Source: a bacterium (GTDB lineage Bacteria > Vulcanimicrobiota > Xenobia > Xenobiales > JADMJV01). From it: a stretch of 64,000 bases of DNA. The translations under genes were made by a program, and so were the position numbers. Below are positions 18,967-27,601 of this stretch, one piece after another. Within the stretch, counting starts at the first letter, position 1. Each line of letters starts with the position of its first letter. Under the pieces are notes generated by a model. The model saw only the letters and a list, made by a program, of their open reading frames with translations, had not been told where the DNA came from and ran no database searches. Location: assembly GCA_030149525.1 (NCBI GenBank), contig JASBRJ010000054.1, positions 599-64,598 on the forward strand. Direction: 5' to 3'.

Positions 18967-20048
18967 AATTTGAACGGATAAAGAGACTAGCGCGCGCTCT
19001 AGGCTGGGGCTCCTGGCGTTGGCTTGCGCTAGAAAAAAAGTTGGCACGCAAGGTCCGCCGGACAGCCGACGGCGCCTTAACCTTGTATGATGACCTCATC
19101 GCCGATTTCCGGGATGTCGTTGTTTCTCCGGAAGGAGAGCTCTTCTGCTCCAGTGAGTTGCTCCAAGGCATCGACTCGCTGAATCTCGTCTCACCAGCCT
19201 CCAAATACCCGCCGGAGTTGCGCCTGCCGCAGCCCTGGCTTGACCGTTGTCGACTGGAGACGACAACGAAGGCCGAGGACACGCGCGAGGGGCTCACGGT
19301 AGCGATTCCTCGTTGCGAGTGGCTCAACTACTATCACTCCATGGTCGACCTCTATAACTGCTACTTTCTCGCGCGATTTCTTGGGGAGGCGCCATCTCAA
19401 ACCCGGATTCTCTTCCTTGACAGTCATGGGAAGAGCCCGTTCGAAGAGTTATGGGCAGCACAGTTTAAAGAGGTGCTGACCACGAACTTCCTGGAGACAA
19501 ATGTCAGATTCGAACGGCTGGCCGTCGGGCCTATCAACTACGAAAGCCCTTTCGGCCCGGGTTTGGGGCCTTCCCCGCCCTACTTCGAAGACTTTTCTAG
19601 GCTCTTTCAGAATCGCGATCAGGACCCTGACCAGTTGACATTCGTCAGTCGAAGCTTGGCCAGGCAGAGAAAGCTCGCTAATGAGGAAGAGCTCCTCCAA
19701 TGCCTCCGAGAGCGACTCCCTCAAGCCAGGATCGAGTCTGTTCTCTTTGAGCACCTTTCACCGTTGCAACAGATCGCGCTCATGAGCAGAACCAAGCTCC
19801 TTGTCGGCCTCCACGGTGCGGGACTCACGCACTCGCTCTTCCTACCTCAAGAGTCCGGCGTCTTTGAGATGTTTCCCGGGGTCCTCCATGCTTTTAGGGT
19901 GAACTTCTACAACATTGCCATATGGCGGAAGTTGTCCTACCGGCGCCATATCGACTGGAGCCGTCTAACCGAACCGGCTGAAGGTGATAATCATCTGCCA
20001 GTAGAGAGGGTGGCGGACAAAATCGCCGCACACTGGAATTCTCTGTAG
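18963..20048 (+). CDS. Glycosyltransferase family 61-like (DUF563) protein
   Basis: Motif LLVGLHGAGLTHSLFLPQESGVFEM matches the GT61/DUF563 signature (HGAGLTN...E). Overlaps the upstream gene by 4 nt. Confidence 0.55.
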   Translation: MKFERIKRLARALGWGSWRWLALEKKLARKVRRTADGALTLYDDLIADFRDVVVSPEGELFCSSELLQGIDSLNLVSPASKYPPELRLPQPWLDRCRLETTTKAEDTREGLTVAIPRCEWLNYYHSMVDLYNCYFLARFLGEAPSQTRILFLDSHGKSPFEELWAAQFKEVLTTNFLETNVRFERLAVGPINYESPFGPGLGPSPPYFEDFSRLFQNRDQDPDQLTFVSRSLARQRKLANEEELLQCLRERLPQARIESVLFEHLSPLQQIALMSRTKLLVGLHGAGLTHSLFLPQESGVFEMFPGVLHAFRVNFYNIAIWRKLSYRRHIDWSRLTEPAEGDNHLPVERVADKIAAHWNSL

Positions 20049-20060
20049 GGAAAGCTGACT

Positions 20061-21029
20061 ATGCAAAGCTCGCTCAACGCCTTAAAATCCTGGACTCGAC
20101 TGAGAATCTCCATTCTAGTGCAGTATCTTCAACACGCCCAGGCTTGGCTTAGAGACAAACTGAACCCACCCAGCTATTGGGACAAACCGGCTCGGGTCGG
20201 CGTTATGACTTGCACCCTCAATGAAGCAACATGCATCGGCTTCACCGTGGGCTCCCTTCTCGATCATGTGGACTTGTACGTGGTTATCGACACCGGGTCC
20301 ACCGATAACACGACCCAACTCCTCCGCGCTCTCTATCCCGAGGCTTTGAGCGAAGGGAAGCTCATTCTGGTGGAACTCGGTCCCTTGCCGGACTTCGACA
20401 TCAGCATAGCGAGAAATAAGGCTCTGAAAATCCTCCAAGAGCACAACATCGACCTTGCGTTCAAAGTCGACGGTGACGATGTCTTTTACGACGAAGGCGC
20501 CGCCTATCTTGTGAATCGAGTCCGAAAATGGTCACCTGAATTCGCTAGTTTCTATTGCGGAAACTATGAGCTTTACCAGTGGAAAGCCGAAGAGCGTGAT
20601 GCCTGGCTTGAAGCACTGGAGAGTCAAGCCGATATCTTTTGGACCATGGGTTTTCAACCGCTTCATCCTCGAGTCTACCCGGTGAAAGGTTCCGTAGCAC
20701 GAGGTCGTTGGACGGATGAGGCTCAAGGCCAGACTCCGGAAAACTTGTATAGCCGGCAAGCCGGGTCCCTCCGAAGAGGGACACTGAAGGTTTGCGCTGC
20801 CCACTACGGCTGGGCCAAACCGGTAAATGAGAAGATTCGCAAAGTGGAAATCTGGAACCCCGGGAAGAGCCTCGACCCGAGAGTCAAGACCATGCACGAA
20901 CGTTTCGACAGTCGATGGCCTCTCTCTCAATTTGAGAAACATCCCGAGATCGTAGCCCGGAAACTCCCAGCCGTCCGAGCCTTCTTCGCACGACTTGAGA
21001 ACGTCGACTCAATCCCAACCATCGAGTAG
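20061..21029 (+). CDS. Glycosyltransferase family 2-like protein
   Basis: GT-A fold signatures: VVIDTGSTDNT and the DXD-like FKVDGDDV. Confidence 0.55.
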   Translation: MQSSLNALKSWTRLRISILVQYLQHAQAWLRDKLNPPSYWDKPARVGVMTCTLNEATCIGFTVGSLLDHVDLYVVIDTGSTDNTTQLLRALYPEALSEGKLILVELGPLPDFDISIARNKALKILQEHNIDLAFKVDGDDVFYDEGAAYLVNRVRKWSPEFASFYCGNYELYQWKAEERDAWLEALESQADIFWTMGFQPLHPRVYPVKGSVARGRWTDEAQGQTPENLYSRQAGSLRRGTLKVCAAHYGWAKPVNEKIRKVEIWNPGKSLDPRVKTMHERFDSRWPLSQFEKHPEIVARKLPAVRAFFARLENVDSIPTIE

Positions 21030-21686
21030 GGTCTTCAAGAAACTCTTATGGAAGTCGTTCCAGGACTTCATTTGATGGAGGTATTGCTGCTTCCAGATTT
21101 CTGAGATCTCGTTGTCCGCCTCCATCTTGATCTGTCGGATCTGTTCAAAGGATTTCCGGTTCTCAGCCATCATCTCTTGATAGATTTCCTGAATTCTATT
21201 CTGCGTCTGCTGACGCTCTCGAGCCTCCTCCATGAGCTTCTCGCTCTTCAGAAAAGCAGCCGCCTTATCCACCACGGAAAGAGTTTTGGAGAGTTCCGGA
21301 TCCTCCTGAGAGGCCTGACGTAGTTCGCGGCGACTGAGCCCTGGGTGAGTTTGTCGAAGCTCTTCCATCCCTCGACGATAAGAAAGAGCGGCCAGAAAAG
21401 GACGGGAATCCTTCTCACCGGCTTGCTTGTCTGCTTCCCGAGCGATTTCACCCTGATCGTTTGTGGTGAATTTTTCGGCGAAAGCCTGTCCAAACTCGGC
21501 AAAGAGTTCGTCCCTGTCCTTGACTCGCTTCGGAAAGCGTCTAGAGGGCGCTGAAATCTCCACCGAGTCTTTGCGCTGTCGGGTTTGAGAGGTCTGAATT
21601 TGAGTGTTTCGGGCGGCTTGCTGTTGGAATTCGGTCTTGAGCATTCGGTTGTTACGTATATGTGAGTGGAGTCTTTTGATATTCAT
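21009..21686 (-). CDS. Hypothetical coiled-coil protein
   Basis: 225-aa ORF rich in E/K/R/Q with heptad-like stretches. Confidence 0.4.
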   Translation of the reverse strand: MNIKRLHSHIRNNRMLKTEFQQQAARNTQIQTSQTRQRKDSVEISAPSRRFPKRVKDRDELFAEFGQAFAEKFTTNDQGEIAREADKQAGEKDSRPFLAALSYRRGMEELRQTHPGLSRRELRQASQEDPELSKTLSVVDKAAAFLKSEKLMEEARERQQTQNRIQEIYQEMMAENRKSFEQIRQIKMEADNEISEIWKQQYLHQMKSWNDFHKSFLKTLLDGWD

Positions 21687-21873
21687 ACTTCAAGGGTAGG
21701 TAGCGGTGGCTAATGCGTTGTGTCTAAATCGTTTCCGGCATGTGTGCATAATGTTACAAAGTTTTGAACGACCCAGGTTTTATGCGGTTTCTGCTAACAA
21801 GTGGAAGACAAGACAACGTCTGAGACCCAGGCGCAAGGCAGGCAGAGCGTCCGGGAAGTCGAACTTTGAAGCA

Positions 21874-23796
21874 ATGGCCGAAATATCGCCTCTCAAGACG
21901 TCTCAGGCTCCCTTTCTGCGGAAGTCCCAAACAAAGCCAGTCAAACAAGACAAGGCTCCTACGGCCTTGCCCACCTCTCAGGAGCCCAGCGAGTCGTTCG
22001 AGCCCCAGAATGCCGCTCTGCCGCTCAATTTCAAGCCACAGTCTTCGCCTCAAGCGCCCCCGGTCTCCAAGCCCGAGGCCGGGCAAACAGGGCCGCCGGC
22101 AACAGCCGCTTCTTCCTCTGCTGTCATCAGCAACGACAAGGCAGGCGGCACTCTCACCCTTTTGGAAACCCCATTAACGTCAACCGCTTCAACGGAAAAA
22201 GGCGTTTCTCTGGTCGACCTGTTCGGACTCGACGATCCCAAGACCAACAACGGTTCGGCTCAGCGCATGGCCAAAGCCGAGGCCACCTATTTGCAGCGCT
22301 ATCCGTACAAAGAGGGTGAAAAGGCGGACCAAACTCGCCGTGAACTGTCCGAGCGCTATCATCATCCCAAGAACTCCACCCAGGCCTTTAGCCAACAATT
22401 GAATGATTTCGCAGCCTCCCGAGGAGTGCAGAAGAAGGCGCCCCACGGTTTCGACAAGCCGCTTGCGGAGGTGGGCATCGAGCAGGTCAAGCGAGCCCTT
22501 GCCCCCACTGTGGACGCCCTTTTTTCCAATCGAGAGTTCAACAACAACCCGGACAAGAAGCAGGTGGTTTCCGAGCAGGTGAATCGCTTCCTCGATCTGG
22601 TGGGAGAAGCTGCTCCCAAAGACTTAACCGCTGCCGACGCCTTCAAGATCGCCCAGGACAACACCGTTCTGGTGGCCTATCAAGACCGAGCCGCCGGGGA
22701 AGTTTTCATGGGAGATCACGGTGTGCGCCACTTACTCGGGCACAATATTCGCGTCTGTGAAGAGTTGGCCGACAAGGCTGTTGCCAAAGGGGCGCAAGTT
22801 ACGGCCAAAGATCGACTCGTTATGCATCAAGCCATGGTCATGCACGACTTGGGCTACGCCATGGATACGGTCAAGAACGGGATTCAGAAAGACGGTATCG
22901 CCGGTCAGGAAAACGGTCACAACGTTCTGGCCGCTCGCGTGCTGCGCGACCAAACCTCCGATCCCGAGCATCCACTTAACAAGCTTTTTGAAAAGCGGGA
23001 TCTTGAGCATATTCATGCCTGCATGCTTCACCACGACCGGGATGCCGAAGGCAAAGCCGGTATCGATCTCAGGCTGACCTCTCATCCCACCGAAGAAGAC
23101 CGCCGGGCGAACCTGGAAACCATGGTTCGAACCGCCGACAACACCCACGCCTTCGACGACAAGCTACCCGAACTGCTTCTTCAGGAGCCTCGCTCACTCA
23201 AGAGTCTTCGTATGATTCAAACGGCCGCCGAGATCGGCGACAAAACACTTTTTCGGGAACTCCAAGACGACCTCAAGTCCATGGTAGAGCAGAGAAAAGA
23301 TCTCGCTCCCGACGATCGCAAAGCTCTGGCAAGCTCGGTTGGCACCATCGACGAAGTGGCCCACAAGTTCAACGCCCGAAGGATCGCCGGACGTAGACCC
23401 ACTTATGAGATCAGCGATTCCGGCCAGATCACCGTGGGCGTCCAAGAGTCACCCATCCACCGACCCGTCTCCGCCCTCTTCGGACTACCCGCCTACAAAC
23501 AGATGGAGAATTTTGTTGAGGACAACGCCAGTCGCGAAGTGAAGCTCCAGGGTGGCAAAGAGAGAATCGAAGGTGACGGGATCAGCGTGGAGCTGGACCT
23601 GGGCGTGGCCTCCAAAGCCTCCAACCGCTTTGAGACTCAGATCCAGGATCAGGTCTTGAAAGATCGCGATTTCACAAGATTCGCTCTCCTGGACGCCCAG
23701 CTTTCGAAACAACAAAAATTAGTCGACAATCCGGACAAAATCATCGCTAAGCGCCGCCAACTTTTGCAAGATTATCGACAAAGCCAGACAGCATGA
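21874..23796 (+). CDS. Hypothetical protein with a disordered Pro/Ser-rich N-terminus and an HD-domain-like region
   Basis: The ORF is open from 21706, but a start at 21874 (MAEISPL) avoids junk-like N-terminal residues. HD-like motifs are present: GHNIRV, VMHDLGYA, HHDRD. Confidence 0.45.
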   Translation: MAEISPLKTSQAPFLRKSQTKPVKQDKAPTALPTSQEPSESFEPQNAALPLNFKPQSSPQAPPVSKPEAGQTGPPATAASSSAVISNDKAGGTLTLLETPLTSTASTEKGVSLVDLFGLDDPKTNNGSAQRMAKAEATYLQRYPYKEGEKADQTRRELSERYHHPKNSTQAFSQQLNDFAASRGVQKKAPHGFDKPLAEVGIEQVKRALAPTVDALFSNREFNNNPDKKQVVSEQVNRFLDLVGEAAPKDLTAADAFKIAQDNTVLVAYQDRAAGEVFMGDHGVRHLLGHNIRVCEELADKAVAKGAQVTAKDRLVMHQAMVMHDLGYAMDTVKNGIQKDGIAGQENGHNVLAARVLRDQTSDPEHPLNKLFEKRDLEHIHACMLHHDRDAEGKAGIDLRLTSHPTEEDRRANLETMVRTADNTHAFDDKLPELLLQEPRSLKSLRMIQTAAEIGDKTLFRELQDDLKSMVEQRKDLAPDDRKALASSVGTIDEVAHKFNARRIAGRRPTYEISDSGQITVGVQESPIHRPVSALFGLPAYKQMENFVEDNASREVKLQGGKERIEGDGISVELDLGVASKASNRFETQIQDQVLKDRDFTRFALLDAQLSKQQKLVDNPDKIIAKRRQLLQDYRQSQTA

Positions 23797-24143
23797 CAGA
23801 AGAAGCTCTGAGGCAGCGTCTCCAAAACTGGATGAACGCCTACTCTCTTCCCACGCTCAGCGACCCTTCTCGAGAGAAAGAGCAAGCCGGCTACGAAATG
23901 CTCCAGAACTTCTTGCTCCTGCTCCTCATCTGCGACCAGGAGGCGCCGGAAACTCCCGAGCAAGCCTTGCAGAAAGTGGCCGAGGGACACTCCTGGCCCG
24001 CGAGTCAGTCTCCCGCCGAAGTAGCCCTGGCCCTGGGCCTGGGTGACCCCGACAGTGAGCTTTTTGCTCTTCAACAAAACTTGCTTGAGAAGGTGCCTGA
24101 GGAGCGGCGGAGCTGGCTTTGGCAGTATGGGTATCTGAGTTAG
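23793..24143 (+). CDS. Hypothetical small protein, translationally coupled to the upstream gene
   Basis: ATGA start/stop overlap with the upstream gene. 116 aa. Confidence 0.4.
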   Translation: MTEEALRQRLQNWMNAYSLPTLSDPSREKEQAGYEMLQNFLLLLLICDQEAPETPEQALQKVAEGHSWPASQSPAEVALALGLGDPDSELFALQQNLLEKVPEERRSWLWQYGYLS

Positions 24144-24552
24144 TTTATAGCCCTTATGTGACGCGTGAAGCGATTCTAAAGGGGCTCTGCACCGGGCAGG
24201 AAGCGACTCTTCCAGTATTGGCACGTAGTGTTTCGGAAGTGACGGATCGGCGGGAGCGGATCTAGACTGCAGCAGAGATTCTCAAACTCACAGATGAGTG
24301 CTGGGGCAAAAGCCAGGACACGGAAATCGTTCAAATTAACCCTGATGGGACGATGACTTACGATATTGAATATTGGACCGGTGGTCGCCCATAGGTTGCC
24401 ATTATCCTAAATTTGGGAACTCGGGCTAAGCCGGTACCGCGCCGCCAAGGGCTTCGAGCAGTACTGGCGCTGAATTGACTTGCATCTGGCGAAGAAAGGA
24501 GTCAAGTCCCTGAATTCAGTATCGATCAGTTAGCAAGCGTGGCAGTTTGGTT

Positions 24553-24867
24553 TCATACACCTGTAATAAGCAGATCTAATGCGGCGAGTATCTCTGTTCG
24601 AAAGTTAGAGAGATTCTCGACCTGGCTGCTCAACTCACGTACGGGTATACCAGCGAGTTGGGGGGTGACCGCCACATGGTTCTGGCCCTGAACCGGGAGA
24701 ACCGGCATAAGTTGGGAGAGGATAATCTCTTTGGACTCGGTTTCGACAGCGAGGGGTATCACCACACGAGTTCCAATTGAGTCAAGAAGCTCCGCCTGAA
24801 CGTCAAGTAGATAAGGGAATCTCTTCTTGGTGGAAGCGTTCTTGTTTTCATAAACATCGAATTGCAC
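24553..24867 (-). CDS. ccdB: CcdB-family toxin (DNA gyrase poison)
   Basis: MQFDVYENK...RFPYLLDVQAELLDSIGTRVVIPL aligns by eye with F-plasmid CcdB ([36 protein letters not shown]). Confidence 0.8.
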   Translation of the reverse strand: MQFDVYENKNASTKKRFPYLLDVQAELLDSIGTRVVIPLAVETESKEIILSQLMPVLPVQGQNHVAVTPQLAGIPVRELSSQVENLSNFRTEILAALDLLITGV

Positions 24868-25118
24868 TAGAAGCTTCTCATTCCATCGCTGAACACGCCG
24901 TACTCTTCAACGTCCTGATTGTATTTGGCGATCGCATTCTTATTTTCTTCAAGCCAACTCTGAGCCTTAAGCTCTTTCACTTTCTGGGCCAATGATTGCT
25001 CCAGGACGGCAGAAAGGTTGATTCCCAACTGCTTAGCGTGGGCGAGTAGCTCGCTATTGACGCTCAGGTTCGCGGACTTCTTTGGCGCGCTCGAATCGTA
25101 AAGGTTAGACATGCGCAT
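24867..25118 (-). CDS. ccdA: CcdA-family antitoxin
   Basis: 83 aa, overlapping ccdB by 1 nt. The C-terminal WLEENKNAIAKYNQDVEEYGVFSDGMRSF resembles CcdA (WKAENQEGMAEVARFIEMNGSFADENRDW). Confidence 0.75.
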   Translation of the reverse strand: MRMSNLYDSSAPKKSANLSVNSELLAHAKQLGINLSAVLEQSLAQKVKELKAQSWLEENKNAIAKYNQDVEEYGVFSDGMRSF

Positions 25119-25135
25119 ATCTTATGCGCGCTCCA
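25105..25135 (-). promoter_or_regulatory. Palindrome overlapping the ccdA start; candidate autoregulatory operator
   Basis: GCGCATA-TCT-TATGCGC inverted repeat at 25113-25129, spanning the first ATG of ccdA. Confidence 0.35.
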
Positions 25136-25149
25136 GTTGAGTGTCAAGA

Positions 25150-25588
25150 AAATCAGAACTATATGGCGTAGGTCGCGGTAGGACCACCGGTCACCCGGCG
25201 CCCCCCGCACAGATCAGGACGTGAGGAATTACCTCATCCGGCTCCTGCCTCAGGTAATGACGCCAAACTGCTGTGTCGGATAAGGATGGACGACTTTGGG
25301 ACGGGGGATGTATTTCTCCGCCAGGCGTGTGATTCGTTGCCAGCTACATCGGTGTTTCTGGCTTCTCCGCCGTAACGACCGACACCAGAGGCGAACCACC
25401 TGATGTCGGAACGACTCGAGGGCCCTAAAGTTCATCGGAATACCGTGATACTGAAAGTAACCTCGGACGACCTGATTCTGCCATTTCCCGACGTCTGGTA
25501 CGCGGTCATGCAGGCGGCGACGGAGCTCAAACTTGAGCTCCCGTAGTTTGTCTCGTTGGCGCTTCTTCATCGTTTTGCGGAGTACCAT
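25150..25588 (-). mobile_element. Group II intron 3' remnant: maturase C-terminal fragment plus a domain-V-like motif, with the 5' part truncated
   Basis: The ORF at 25250-25588 encodes ...RGYFQYHGIPMNFRALESFRHQVVRLWCRSLRRRSQKHRCSWQRITRLAEKY, a typical C-terminus of group II intron RT/maturases. Five nt after its stop, the minus strand reads GAGCCGGAUGAGGUAAUUCCUCACGUCCUGAUC (25244..25212). This has the AGC triad, an inner hairpin and an AC bulge as in domain V. No RT domain is found upstream. Confidence 0.55.
25250..25588 (-). pseudogene. Truncated group II intron reverse transcriptase/maturase (C-terminal X/En-less fragment only)
   Basis: Only ~110 aa corresponding to the maturase C-terminus are present. 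The region upstream on the minus strand has no RT motifs. Confidence 0.55.
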
Positions 25589-25813
25589 GAACGCTCCCTT
25601 GCGAGTCTTGCCACAGATGTGGGTAAACCCGAGGAAGTCAAAAGTTTCCGGCTGTACACGTTCCAGTCAGAATTCATATACCGAGCCGTTTTCGCAGAGC
25701 CGCTATTCGAGCTTCTTGACTCCCATTCGAGGATTTTCCGATTGGTCTATTCCGTGTGCACCCCCTTCGGCGCAAGTGCTCAGGACATAACCTACGAGGG
25801 CAATCTTAGAGAA

Positions 25814-25860
25814 CCGGCAAGTGCGACAATTACCGGCAAGTGCGACAATTACCAGCAAAT
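25814..25860. repeat. 20-bp direct tandem repeat, about 2.3 copies
   Basis: CCGGCAAGTGCGACAATTAC is repeated twice perfectly, followed by a partial third copy (CAGCAAATGC). Confidence 0.7.
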
Positions 25861-26330
25861 GCAGAACTGCTAGCGTGTCGTTGAAAGTACAGTTGACAAA
25901 TCTGCAGGTGCACTGGACGTATTCCCCGGGCGAAGATATTGCTCCAGCGCAAACTGTCGCTGAAAAAACGATCGAGTTACTTGGCGAGGCAGGTTTCTCG
26001 GTGCTTCCTCTCGGCACTCACCTTATTACTTGGGCTGGACACTTAAAGTTAAGTGACATCACGCCGTCAGAGTATCTATCTCGATTTGTCTCCGGAGTAC
26101 CCATAGAGTTAGGCGCAACCGAGCCAGTTGGCGTCGGTTTTAGCAAGGAAGCTACCGATGAAAGACTCGCTTGTGCGATTAATTTTCAACCATCTATAGC
26201 CGTGGAGGATGGCATCTACAGTCGGTTTGATTTACAATGGAGCGGACAGCTTGGCATCAGTGACGTGGTTGAAAAGACCCGTACAGAGGTCTGGAAGACC
26301 CTGAAGTCTTGTGGGTTGATAGAGAAGTAG
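25821..26330 (+). CDS. Hypothetical orphan protein
   Basis: 169-aa ORF starting inside the tandem repeat. No recognisable family. The true start is uncertain. Confidence 0.3.
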   Translation: MRQLPASATITSKCRTASVSLKVQLTNLQVHWTYSPGEDIAPAQTVAEKTIELLGEAGFSVLPLGTHLITWAGHLKLSDITPSEYLSRFVSGVPIELGATEPVGVGFSKEATDERLACAINFQPSIAVEDGIYSRFDLQWSGQLGISDVVEKTRTEVWKTLKSCGLIEK

Positions 26331-26332
26331 CA

Positions 26333-26866
26333 ATGGTTATTGAAGCACAGAATTTAAGGTTAGAATTCGAGAACGGCAGAACCCAAGACCAATTGGCTCT
26401 ATTCCGGGTGAAAGAAACTCGGCGTCACGACTTTCTGGTTGATGAATATGGTCGGGGGCAACAAGCTTGTTTGACAGAAGAATTTGGAGAGGACGCACCT
26501 GTAAAACGTCGTTTACAGCCGGTTGCAAGTTCTGGAGTGAAAGCTCTTCTCAATCAGGGAAAGATTGAAAAGGCTGCACAGCTCTCGCAATCGTTACCTC
26601 GCGGAGCGCAGCTACGAGAGATAGCGAGTGTACTTGCTCCGCCTAAATTTCGATTTTCAAAGCGCCAAGAAAAGGCTAACCCAGCTCTGGATTACAATTG
26701 GCTTCGTGAAAATTATCAAGACTTTTGCGGTCAGTGGGTGGCTCTGAAGAATGGCCAACTCCAACGGTCGGCCGATAGCCTCCGTGAGCTAGTCTCTGGC
26801 CTGAGCAAACACGAGATTAGTGATTTTACGTTGGTTTATCAAGTTGATGATGCTCACAAGGTCTGA
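26333..26866 (+). CDS. Hypothetical protein with a C-terminal DUF5678-like domain
   Basis: C-terminus LDYNWLRENYQDFCGQWVALKNGQLQRSADSLRELVSGL fits the W..N...Y.G.WVAL.nG pattern of DUF5678. ATG at 26333 lies 2 nt after the upstream stop. Confidence 0.4.
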   Translation: MVIEAQNLRLEFENGRTQDQLALFRVKETRRHDFLVDEYGRGQQACLTEEFGEDAPVKRRLQPVASSGVKALLNQGKIEKAAQLSQSLPRGAQLREIASVLAPPKFRFSKRQEKANPALDYNWLRENYQDFCGQWVALKNGQLQRSADSLRELVSGLSKHEISDFTLVYQVDDAHKV

Positions 26867-27302
26867 TGGCACGTTCTTTTCCCGCGGATGCCTGCCCTAT
26901 CTCGACCAAAGACCTGATGAGCCGGATGGAAACTCTAAGATTCATTTGCCGGTTCGTTTTCTGAACAGAGACCTCAGCATCCGAACCCTGTGCCTGATTG
27001 ATACTAGAGCCGATTGGTCTGCACTGGACTGGAGCCTCGCACAGCAGCTGGGATGTCAAGACCTGCCTAGTTGTGGCGAAGTCACGGACCTCACCAGATT
27101 TGGTAGGCTTAAAGGTCAACTTTTTCGACTCGGATTTTCGATCGAAGCCGAAGAGGGAGAGTCGATGGAGGCCGAAGGTGCCTTTTGGGTATCCGAGGAG
27201 TGGACGACAGGTATATCAATTCTGGGCTTCAATGGCTTTCTGAGCCATTTGCGGTTTGCTGTTGACCCCTTCAAGAATCGTTTCTACTTCGGTTGTGGAT
27301 GA
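26850..27302 (+). CDS. Retropepsin-like (clan AA) aspartic-protease-fold protein with DTR in place of the catalytic DTG
   Basis: IRTLCLIDTRADWSALDWSLAQQLG matches the bacterial retropepsin-like signature hh.DTGAs.s.i..la..lG, but with Gly replaced by Arg. Confidence 0.4.
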   Translation: MLTRSDGTFFSRGCLPYLDQRPDEPDGNSKIHLPVRFLNRDLSIRTLCLIDTRADWSALDWSLAQQLGCQDLPSCGEVTDLTRFGRLKGQLFRLGFSIEAEEGESMEAEGAFWVSEEWTTGISILGFNGFLSHLRFAVDPFKNRFYFGCG

Positions 27303-27601
27303 CTTGGTCCCCTATAGGTCCCCAAACTGTGGGGACCAGTCCAGTCCGTCCAAAGAAGAATCTTGGAGAAGCCAATAACCACGGCGTTCAGGCTCGACCA
27401 TTGCGCACGGTTAGCTTACTGGACTCTAACATGGCGAATGTTCAAGTCAATCTTACGGCAAATCGAGATAGGCAGTGTTCCCAGATATGAACTTGACTTG
27501 GTCATTCGACATCCCCTGCTTGTTTGCGAATGCTTGGATTTCGGATGTGATCTTTGGGCCGAGGTCATAGGTAGAATTTTCCCGCTCTAGAAGATTCAGG
27601 A

